A stretch of 64,000 nt of DNA from Octopus bimaculoides (Eukaryota): positions 15,950,317 to 16,014,316 of the forward strand of contig NC_068993.1 in assembly GCF_001194135.2 (NCBI RefSeq), in the 5' to 3' direction. Below, one piece after another: positions 40,839-51,960 of the stretch; the stretch's first letter is position 1, and each line of letters opens with the position of its first letter. Under the pieces are notes generated by a model. The model saw only the letters and a list, made by a program, of their open reading frames with translations. It was not told the origin of the DNA and did no database searches. The translations under genes and the position numbers were made by a program.

Positions 40839-40935
40839 GGAAGCGCATGGCTTAGTGGTTAGGGCGTTAGATTTATAAGATTCTGGTTTCGATTCCTAGA
40901 CCGGGCGATGCGTTGTGTTCTTGAGAAAAACACTG
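40839..40935 (+). mobile_element. tRNA-derived SINE head (same family as 24135-24328)
   Basis: A-box TGGCTTAGTGG, B-box GGTTTCGATTCC, then gcgttgtgttcttgagaaaaacact. Confidence 0.8.
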
Positions 40936-40966
40936 CGCTTCAGATTCTTATAGTCAACTGAGCAAG

Positions 40967-41026
<60 letters not shown>

Positions 41027-41272
41027 CTAAGTAGCAATCTTGAAATATTAGACTTTTCAAAACGAGAAGGGTGAAAGCTAATTCGAAAACTGTAGATTGA
41101 TGCCATCATTGTAAAAATGAGTAAAACTTTCCAGGAGTTTATCATTTAAGTATGTGTGCGCATGTCCAGACATGCAGCGATATACATGAGAATACATACA
41201 TAAAACAAAACATACAAATGCACTAACTCCATACAAATGCATTGACTCCAAATACTGCACATACACACACAT

Positions 41273-41382
41273 ACAAAAGTACCATGTTGATGTTATTGAA
41301 ATTCCATTGAAGGAACCTTGGATCTAGGTTAGAAAGTGCCTCCTCTATTGGCAAGAAATCTTGAAATCAACTAAATAATTAC
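41273..41382 (+). repeat. ~117-bp (ACAT)n-embedded element, copy 2
   Basis: Aligns along its length with 34337-34453. Confidence 0.85.
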
Positions 41383-41563
41383 ATACATCCATGCATAACT
41401 ACATACATAAATATATACATACTTTCATACAAACATACATATATACGTACATTCATACAAATATAAACACATACATACATTCATTGAAACATACATACAT
41501 ACATACATATCATTTAAAACAAAACATACAAGTCTGAACGTATGCATACCTACATACATATAT

Positions 41564-41677
41564 ACAAAAATACCCTGTTGATGTTGTTGAAATTCCAATG
41601 AAGGGGCCTTGGATCTAGGTTAGGAACTGGCTATTTCCCTATTGGCAAGACATCTTAAAATAAAACTGAATAATGAC
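41564..41677 (+). repeat. ~117-bp (ACAT)n-embedded element, copy 3
   Basis: Aligns with copies 1 and 2; followed by a long (ACAT)n run. Confidence 0.85.
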
Positions 41678-41678
41678 A

Positions 41679-41712
<34 letters not shown>

Positions 41713-42608
41713 CATACATACATACATACATACATACATGCTTCAATGTGAACGAAATTTTAAAAACATGAGCGCTCAATACTGAATGTCGAATTATATA
41801 CTGTATTGATCTGGAAGCTAGAAATTATCAGTTAGCTATACCGTGTTTCACATTTCTGATCTTTGCTCGATAATGATCGATGGCAGAAAGGAAACGGTAT
41901 TGACAGAGTACATAGAATATATTTAACTATACAAGCATGTTACTGTTAGTTGCTGATCTCATCCGTTAACATATATCAACTTAGTCAATACAAGCTTCAG
42001 TGCCGCTCAAAAGTCTGCTGACTCTCATTTCTAAATGATAAACTATGAATTTCGATTCAGATCTCCGACAAACTAAACTTGAAGCTGAGTTTTTTGGGAA
42101 GTATACTTACATGTACCTTTCATTCAGTTGTATGCCCCTAAATGGATAACAACTGAATTTCAAAAGAATAGCTACGCCGCAGCACATCAACAAATTGACA
42201 TGACTCTATTTTCATATAATTTCCCGACCAGCAATTCATCTCCTTTCAATGGGATCCGAGTACAAGGTGTTAATAAGCTACAAAAATAGTGACATATCTA
42301 TTCCCACCATTCACAGTCATTCGAGGCGATTTGCCTCGTGTTATTTCGGACATTTGATGATATTTAACCTTCGGCTTCGTGTAGGGAGCTTTCTAGGGCG
42401 ATATACCGCAGCAAATTAGCGTATAAACAGATACACTATGTATGTACAACCGATGATGTTTACACACACATACACACATACACAAATATTCATTTTTCTC
42501 TATATGTGTCTTTATATTAGTGTAATTATTTCAATTTAACAGCCCACCGTGACCTCATCCTTAAGATGCGTGCGTAAAACTCTCCCACCCACTATCCCTA
42601 TGCCTTCC

Positions 42609-42671
<63 letters not shown>

Positions 42672-42814
42672 TATACATACATATACGTACATACATACAA
42701 ACATTGAAGGTTATCATACTGATGTAGGGTAAATATCAATAAAAACTTCTTGTTTCTGGCCACAATTTATCCAGTAAAACATACGTAAACGTGTGTGCAT
42801 TTGTGTGTGTGTGT

Positions 42815-42845
<31 letters not shown>

Positions 42846-43929
42846 ACTTGTTTCGTAGAAACTTCTGATGTTTTATCAGTATGTGGTGAAAATGTTACAT
42901 ATTTGGAGGTTGTGTGAGTCGTAAACATCTCAGTGCATANNNNNNNNNNNNNNNNNNNNNNNNNNNNNNNNNNNNNNNNNNNNNNNNNNNNNNNNNNNNN
43001 NNNNNNNNNNNNNNNNNNNNNNNNNNNNNNNNNNNNNNNNNNNNNNNNNNNNNNNNNNNNNNNNNNNNNNNNNNNNNNNNNNNNNNNNNNNNNNNNNNNN
43101 NNNNNNNNNNNNNNNNNNNNNNNNNNNNNNNNNNNNNNNNNNNNNNNNNNNNNNNNNNNNNNNNNNNNNNNNNNNNNNNNNNNNNNNNNNNNNNNNNNNN
43201 NNNNNNNNNNNNNNNNNNNNNNNNNNNNNNNNNNNNNNNNNNNNNNNNNNNNNNNNNNNNNNNNNNNNNNNNNNNNNNNNNNNNNNNNNNNNNNNNNNNN
43301 NNNNNNNNNNNNNNNNNNNNNNNNNNNNNNNNNNNNNNNNNNNNNNNNNNNNNNNNNNNNNNNNNNNNNNNNNNNNNNNNNNNNNNNNNNNNNNNNNNNN
43401 NNNNNNNNNNNNNNNNNNNNNNNNNNNNNNNNNNNNNNNNNNNNNNNNNNNNNNNNNNNNNNNNNACATATATATACATATGATTGGGTATATTTAAGAA
43501 AATAGAATCAGGAAAAAATTAACGCGCAAACATCCAGGAGGTTTTCGTGTTTGTTTCTCGTTTTTTTATTTCTTTGTTTTGTTTTTTCGTTTAAACTTTG
43601 CTGCTCCCCAAGTATTGTAACTGAAAAGGAATGAAATTGTGTTGTTATATTTAAAATAAAAGAATATAAAAGTAGAACAACAAATACATGGATTACATTA
43701 AAGATAAATGACTCACAATCAACCACTTCTATTTTACTTACAAAACTTCCAGCAATGATATATCTATATATTATACACGTGTATGTGTATCTGTGTGTGT
43801 GTGTGTGTGTGCATGTGCATGTGTGCGTGTGTGCGAGTGCATGTGTATATGTATGCACATACATATATGTTTGCGCGTGTGACCATTCGCATATGTATAT
43901 ATTGTCATATATATTTATGTCTGTGTGTG

Positions 43930-43999
<70 letters not shown>

Positions 44000-45615
44000 T
44001 GTGTGTGTGTGTGTGTGTGTTGTATGTGCGTGTATGTATTTATTTCTAATATATTCCTATGTTTGTATATATGTATGTATAAATACTTATATATCTACGT
44101 ATGTTTCAGTGAATGTGTTTTTTCTGCATCTTTTTGTTGGTTTGTCAGTGGAAAAACATTAACACAAATAACAATATGACAAGCAACAACAATAACAAGC
44201 GAAGATAAGTAAGATAAGAATCAGTAAGGAATTTTTGGAAGGCAACTGAAGTGGAAGGAATACTGCACTGATGTGCTAGATATGTAACAAGATGGTAATA
44301 CGGCGGTTTTCTACAAGGATTAAAGATTTCTATAGGAGATTGCTAATAGAAAATTCTTGCATAGGACCCTATGCCTTAGCTACCGTGTTTTCCCTTACAC
44401 CATTGTTTAGTGTTGTACATTATTATTATGTTTCATTGTTGCTTTTCTGATTCTTGTTGTTCTTTAGTGTTGTTGTTGACCGGTTATCTGCTATTTCGTC
44501 GTTATGTCTTCTATTTTACCATCTTTTCTAGGGCATGCATGCGAGCACTTAACAGAATTATAATATGGGTGTGTGTGTGTGTTCTGTGTATGTGCTGATG
44601 TGTTCGTGTGTGTGTGTTCCAAATTTATATATATGTACAGGTATACATACGTATATATATGTGTATATATATATATCTCCATATATATATATGTACACAT
44701 GTACATATATATATACGTATATGTATATGTACATATGTACATATATATATATATATNNNNNNNNNNNNNNNNNNNNNNNNNNNNNNNNNNNNNNNNNNNN
44801 NNNNNNNNNNNNNNNNNNNNNNNNNNNNNNNNNNNNNNNNNNNNNNNNNNNNNNNNNNNNNNNNNNNNNNNNNNNNNNNNNNNNNNNNNNNNNNNNNNNN
44901 NNNNNNNNNNNNNNNNNNNNNNNNNNNNNNNNNNNNNNNNNNNNNNNNNNNNNNNNNNNNNNNNNNNNNNNNNNNNNNNNNNNNNNNNNNNNNNNNNNNN
45001 NNNNNNNNNNNNNNNNNNNNNNNNNNNNNNNNNNNNNNNNNNNNNNNNNNNNNNNNNNNNNNNNNNNNNNNNNNNNNNNNNNNNNNNNNNNNNNNNNNNN
45101 NNNNNNNNNNNNNNNNNNNNNNNNNNNNNNNNNNNNNNNNNNNNNNNNNNNNNNNNNNNNNNNNNNNNNNNNNNNNNNNNNNNNNNNNNNNNNNNNNNNN
45201 NNNNNNNNNNNNNNNNNNNNNNNNNNNNNNNNNNNNNNNNNNNNNNNNNNNNNNNNNNNNNNNNNNNNNNNNNNNNNNNNNNNNNNNNNNNNNNNNNNNN
45301 NNNNNNNNNNNNNNNNNNNNNNNNNNNNNNNNNNNNNNNNNNNNNNNNNNNNNNNNNNNNNNNNNNNNNNNNNNNNNNNNNNNNNNNNNNNNNNNNNNNN
45401 NNNNNNNNNNNNNNNNNNNNNNNNNNNNNNNNNNNNNNNNNNNNNNNNNNNNNNNNNNNNNNNNNNNNNNNNNNNNNNNNNNNNNNNNNNNNNNNNNNNN
45501 NNNNNNNNNNNNNNNNNNNNNNNNNNNNNNNNNNNNNNNNNNNNNNNNNNNNNNNNNNNNNNNNNNNNNNNNNNNNNNNNNNNNNNNNNNNNNNNNNNNN
45601 NNNNNNNNNNNNNNN

Positions 45616-45667
<52 letters not shown>

Positions 45668-46239
45668 TCGCACACACACACACACGCACACACACACTCA
45701 CATACACACATATGCACGGACACACGAAGTTAGTTTGAGAAGAAAAAAAGAGTTTAAATGGATAAAGTGATTGTCATATAGGCATAAATATAGACTTTTA
45801 GACAGAGATTGATGTTTTCCAAATATGTTCTGTTATATTTTCAGAACAGTAATGTACCTAATAAGACCCTTAATTCCCCTAAATACGTTCCATAATCTTC
45901 CATTCACATTTGAGAGATTTATAACTTACTATTCTGATGTGTTGCGTCCATCTTAGTTCGAAATATTGAAAATATTAATAAATTATTTTTTTACCACAAT
46001 CCCTCATTGGAACATATGGCAACTGTTTATTATTGCTAAATATTTCGCACTGTGCTTAAGACAATCGACTTTTCATCAGGTGGGTTTGGATTCGATTCTT
46101 GTTCGTTGCACCAGCATGAGCGAATCTTTTCTCTGGACAGGTGTTTGCTCTCTTACTTTGAAATGAGGAGGAAACAGTCATAGTCGGCAGATATGTGGAA
46201 GTTTCTATGTCGAAATGATCATTTGTGGTTATAATATCC

Positions 46240-46415
46240 TTTTCTACTCTAGGCACAAGGCCGAAATTTGGGGGTGGGGAGTTGGCTAGACGATTATATC
46301 GACTCCAGTACGCAACTGGTACTTAATTCATAGACTCCGAAAAGAATGAATGGCAATGTCGACCGCGGCGAAATTTTAACTTAGAACATAAGGACAGACG
46401 AAATGCCACCAGGCA
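46240..46415 (-). mobile_element. tRNA-derived SINE (gcctttcatcc core, tail type A)
   Basis: Core and B-box region degenerate; tail reads ccccaaatttcggccttgtgcctagagtagaa on the minus strand. Confidence 0.75.
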
Positions 46416-46419
46416 AACG

Positions 46420-46654
46420 CTTCTTATTTCTTTACTGCCCACAAGCAGCTAAACATAGAGCGGACAAACAAGGACAGACAAAGAGATTAAATCGATTACA
46501 TCGATCCCAGTGCCTAACTGGTACTTATTTAATCGACCCTGAAAGGATGAAAGGTAAAGTCGACCTCGGTAGAATTTGAACTCAGAAAGTTAAGAAAGAC
46601 GAAATACTGCTTAGCATTTCGCCCGGCGTGCTAACGTTTCTGCCAGCTCACCGC
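46420..46654 (-). mobile_element. Full-length tRNA-derived SINE (gcctttcatcc core, tail type B)
   Basis: Minus strand: GCGGTGAGCTGGCAGAAACGTTAGCACGCCGGGCGAAATGC...GAGTTCAAATTC...core...tttgtctgtccttgtttg...gggcagtaaagaaataag. Confidence 0.85.
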
Positions 46655-47199
46655 TCTTTTGTGTTTATAGTATTGCTTGGAGCTCGAGTGTCTTCTGTGG
46701 ATTTCACTATGTTGGAAGATTGTGTGACTCATTCTCTTATCTGAACGTAATTCCCTCTATATCTTCATGCAGTGATGTGCTTCGAAACTACACAAGAACA
46801 CTTCACATAAATACCAGTTGGAGAGTTTATAAAGAGCGGCTATTAGTTTTCACTGCGTCCTTAGATAAACACGTAAAAAGGGAAAAAATGTTTTTGTTCT
46901 TTTTTTCANNNNNNNNNNNNNNNNNNNNNNNNNNNNNNNNNNNNNNNNNNNNNNNNNNNNNNNNNNNNNNNNNNNNNNNNNNNNNNNNNNNNNNNNNNNN
47001 NNNNNNNNNNNNNNNNNNNNNNNNNNNNNNNNNNNNNNNNNNNNNNNNNNNNNNNNNNNNNNNNNNNNNNNNNNNNNNNNNNNNNNNNNNNNNNNNNNNN
47101 NNNNNNNNNNNNNNNNNNNNNNNNNNNNNNNNNNNNNNNNNNNNNNNNNNNNNNNNNNNNNNNNNNNNNNNNNATATATATATATATATATATATATAA

Positions 47200-47342
47200 C
47201 TCGAGCTACCACAAAATTCACTCACTAGGCGTCGATCGGCTCTGGGCTCAATTTTCCAAAGTGTCGCACAGTAGAATTGAACGGGAAACCATAATTCTGC
47301 AAAGCGAGAGTAGAAACCAAACAGTTATGCCTGCACCTATAG
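47200..47342 (-). mobile_element. Degenerate SINE, same family as 25380/40700/51800
   Basis: ataggtgcaggcataactgtttgg...cccgttcaattctactgtgcgacac on the minus strand. Confidence 0.6.
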
Positions 47343-48003
47343 CCACATAAATATTACACAGCTCTATTGCTAGCTTACATCTAATGAATCCATACAAAAT
47401 TTAATTATTTGAAATACGAGAAACTATGGTAAACGATCATTGCTATATAGCATAAAAATTTCATATAATCAACACCTACGAAGTCGAGCTGCCGCACAAG
47501 ATTCTGCTTACATCGTGGAAGAGTTTATTAATAGCAGTCATAAAAATACACATATAATTTTTTTATATTTAATTTTAATTTCCGAAAATCAGTGTATATT
47601 AATTTTGATAGTCTTTCGTCTTACGTCTATGACTGAGTGATACTCTGCTTCAACTAATTCTCGTGTTTATTTTCCCGAGTGTTATATATATATTAAGTTA
47701 TAAAACTGTTTAATGTAATTATATACTGATGCATACGTTACTGAAGAAAAATGTTTTAAACTTATAATCCTTAGATGAATTTCTATACCGAAATATTTGG
47801 TTATTATGCCATAGGGTGTTCCAAATCACTTTAAACTATTCGATTGCATATAATGATGTATGCGTATATAATATATGTATGTGTGTGTGTGTGTGCGTGT
47901 GTGTGTATGTGTATGTATGTATGTATGTATGTATGTATGTATACATCATGTTGAACCGTTAATATCTACACATTTTCTTCTCTATCCGTTTTTCCCTCTC
48001 ATT

Positions 48004-48130
48004 CCTGTCTGGTGATGAGCGTAGGCACGAAACGTCAAAAACTTTTCCATTCTACCCGAGCGTTAAACTAATACACCTTCTTGTTTTTCCTTCACTTGCC
48101 TTCGTCTTTTGTTTTCTCTGAATTTGAACT
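48004..48130 (+). mobile_element. Short repeat carrying a degraded hammerhead motif (core 48004-48042)
   Basis: CTGGTGA-T-GAGC-GTAG-GCAC-GAAA-CG-TC-AAAAAC, then ...cccgagcgttaaactaatacac, homologous to 32040-32166. Confidence 0.6.
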
Positions 48131-48131
48131 A

Positions 48132-48169
<38 letters not shown>

Positions 48170-48833
48170 AGGGTAATAAATTGGATATTAATTTAATTAA
48201 CACCAATTTAAATCCAGTGGCCTAGCATAAAGAAAATTCAGAAAATTCAGAAAAATTATATTACATACATGTGAGAAGGGATGACCACTAAGTTGATGGT
48301 CGATTTCTAGCGTAAAGGATGTGTGATTTACGTTATACGAATTCAGAAACTTCGGGAGATGTCAAATAAACCGCTTTTAGCGGTGGAACGTGAAGTACAA
48401 ATAACACAAACTAACAAATTGTGAATATTGTTTACAGAAGATGTTGGTTCGAATCGCATGTGCAGCGTTCGATATTTTCCATCTTAGTGGAGTTTTTAAA
48501 GAAAATTCGTGATTTATTATTCATAGTTTTAGCTACTTTGCTTTCCACCGTTATAAAGGATATGTATCTGCATCTGTATGTGTGTACGAGTGTGTGGGTG
48601 TGTCTGTGTGTCTATCTGTCTGTCTGTATAAATAGACAGAGAGAACGTGTGACAGAATAAGAGAGACAGATAGCCAGAATGTGAGAGAGAAAGAAAGAGA
48701 GATAAATGTATAACGCAGTATACGGTTTTTTCAAATAGCTCCAATGGTGAAATACCGACCTATGCTTAAAAAGCGTTACTAATATTAAACACGGGTCTGT
48801 GCGCGCGTGCGCGCGTGTGTGAGCATTTCTATA

Positions 48834-48880
<47 letters not shown>

Positions 48881-49127
48881 AAGTATAAACAGATAGTTTA
48901 GGTCTGTTTACCTCATTCGATCGATATATATGTGCGCGCGCGTATTTTCGGCCGTGTACCTATGTATGTACGTATGTAGGTTGGTAGCCATGTATATAAG
49001 TATGTGCGTACGTATGCAGGTATGTATGCGTGCATATGCGTGTGTTATATAATTCCTCTCTCAGCTTGCGGAGCGCACTTTTAAAATAACACAGAAAAAC
49101 AAATGTATATACACACATATATATCCC

Positions 49128-49172
<45 letters not shown>

Positions 49173-49325
49173 NNNNNNNNNNNNNNNNNNNNNNNNNNNN
49201 NNNNNNNNNNNNNNNNNNNNNNNNNNNNNNNNNNNNNNNNNNNNNNNNNNNNNNNNNNNNNNNNNNNNNNNNNNNNNNNNNNNNNNNNNNNNNNNNNNNN
49301 NNNNNNNNNNNNNNNNNNNNNNNNN

Positions 49326-49372
<47 letters not shown>

Positions 49373-50213
49373 CATACATACATACATACATACATACATA
49401 CATACATACTTGTGTAAAGGTGCATGTATATGATGTGTATATTAATGTATAAACGTCACCTATGTATGCAAATTTATATTGAAATTTGAAAAGAAAAAAA
49501 AATAGATTTTTCTCTTGTTGGTGTATTGTTCATATTTTGTTTTGGTGTTTAGGTAAAAGCTTGCAAGCAACATATAAGTTATGATAAAGACACCATTTGG
49601 AGACCATTAAATGGAAGTTAATGTATGAAAATACCTATTCTCGAACAACAACACACACACATACGTCTACATATCTACACATATATATCTACGTGTATAT
49701 ATGTCTATTTATACATATACATATATTTATATACATACATATATGCATATATATATATATTATATATATATGTATTACCATTAACTTTTCCCCCCTTGCT
49801 TGCTATATATTATCACCTTTTGGCAAATCTTCTTATCTGGGGTGAGTTAAGTGTTTTATTTACGCTACGCATGATTATTTTTTTTATTTTCTTTTAGGTT
49901 CTCTGTTTTGTTTCTTTGAATCATATTTGTGTTATTTTGTTGTTATTTTTGTATGTTATTTATTATTATTATTATTATTTTATTTTTCATTTTATGTAGC
50001 TTTAAACTTCGATTTTGTTACATTTTAAGACTTTATGTTGCTTTTATTATTATTTCAATACCATTTTTTTCTTCCTATTTATCTATGTGTATATATATGT
50101 ATTTATATATATTTTGCTTCTTTTGTTTTCATGTATTTGTGTGATGTTTTCCAGGTATATATGATGTTTCTATGTATATAGATACGTATGTATATATGAA
50201 TGCACCTATCTAT

Positions 50214-50280
<67 letters not shown>

Positions 50281-50732
50281 TGTATATATGTATGTGTATA
50301 CATCTATATGTACGTATGTAAGCATGTATACGTATCTATGGATGTATTATATATATGTATGTCTGTATGTATAATTGTACGTATATATGTACATATAAAC
50401 GTGTTTATATATTTATGTATGTAATCTTGCGTTTCTCTGTAATTTCCTCTTCAAAATAGAGAGGTTATAAATACTTCAAAGTTGAATGGAGGGAGGCAAT
50501 TCATATATCTTTTTCATTGTTGTTGTTCTTGTTGTTGTTCATGATGTTGTTTTTTTTCAAATTCTAGTTTATTTATATATTCATTTATGACGTTATTTTT
50601 TTTCTGTAATCCTTCGGTTTTTTTTTTTGTGTGTATGTGAGTGTATGTGTTGGAGTGATGATGCGGTTATTAAACTGAAAGTGATGGCGATGGTCTTGGT
50701 AATAGCAATTTTGTGAAACGTGTTGATCATAG

Positions 50733-50766
<34 letters not shown>

Positions 50767-51099
50767 GGTGGAGCCGGTCGTCGTGGTCGTGGTGGTAGTG
50801 TTAGTGGGAAGTGACGTTAGTCGTAAGGAGAATGGCTTTAATAGAGATGCCTTCAGGTGGTAAACTGCTAAATGTCGATGTTGTTGTTTATTCCTGCAGA
50901 GCAGGTCTTGAGGAGACGTGTGATCAATGACGTTCCAGTTTCATGTTTCTCTGAGGCATTGCGATATCTCACAGTACATTGGCCAATATGTGCCTCACCT
51001 TCCGAGATGTCCTCATTGTACTTTGAGGAAAATCTTCTTCATATTTCAAGGTTGAGCGATATCATAAAGCATTCACTCAGTAACACGAGTCGGTTATAC

Positions 51100-51105
51100 T
51101 AATGA

Positions 51106-51148
<43 letters not shown>

Positions 51149-51149
51149 T

Positions 51150-51226
<77 letters not shown>

Positions 51227-51380
51227 TGTTGTTGTTGTAATAGTTGTTCTTGCGGCTGTTATTGTTATTGCTGATGGTGGTGGTGCTGGTAGTGATGGTG
51301 GTGGTGGTGGTAGTTGTAGGGATTGCTGGTGGAGAAGCTAGTGGTGGTGGGGGAGGGGGGTAGTCGTCGTCGTCGTCGTT
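51100..51380. repeat. In-register compound triplet microsatellite (TAG)-(CAG)-(TAG)-(TTG)-(TGG)
   Basis: Direct reading. Confidence 0.95.
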
Positions 51381-51634
51381 TTGCTTATACATCAAGTGAT
51401 GTGGTAAACAAGCGATTTTTCTAATTTGCTATCATTATTATCGTTGCTATGCTGAACTGGTTCTTTAGCAGGGCCGGATAAAACGCTGAGTTCAAAACGT
51501 AAAGACGGACGAAGTATCGCTTGCACCGCAAATTTCATTTTCTGCCTGTGCGTGTGTGTAGGCATAAGTGCTAGAATTTAATATAAACACTCCAAATAGA
51601 ATTTTATTTTTAAAAAATTTCTTTTACTTTTTTT

Positions 51635-51960
51635 ACTTGTTCCAGCCGTGCTGGGGCACAGCTTTGAGGAATTTTAGTCGAAATTATCGACCTCAATACA
51701 TTTTATGTCTAATACTTATTCTATTGTTTCTGCGTAACCGTTAAGTTACAGGGATGTAAATACACCAACACCGGTTGTCAATCGGCCGTAGGGTATACAC
51801 ACATCTCTTTCAGTTTCTCTCTCCCAAATTCATTCAAAAGGGTTTGATCGGTACAAAAATATAGTACAAAATAACAGCCTAAGGTGCCACACGGTGGGAC
51901 TGAACGTAGAACCATGTGGTTGGGAAGGAAATTTCTTACAACACAACCACGGCTACACCT
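51635..51960 (-). mobile_element. Two adjacent SINE segments (51635-51790 and 51800-51960)
   Basis: The first matches 25880-26040. The second reads gtgtagccgtggttgtgttgtaagaaa...aaccacatggttctacgttcagtcccaccgtgtggcaccttagg on the minus strand. Confidence 0.75.

Noticed and set aside
42122-42160. Hairpin attcagttgt...acaactgaat
   Set aside because: Too short (~37 nt) for a pre-miRNA; I recognised no known miRNA sequence here or elsewhere in the window.
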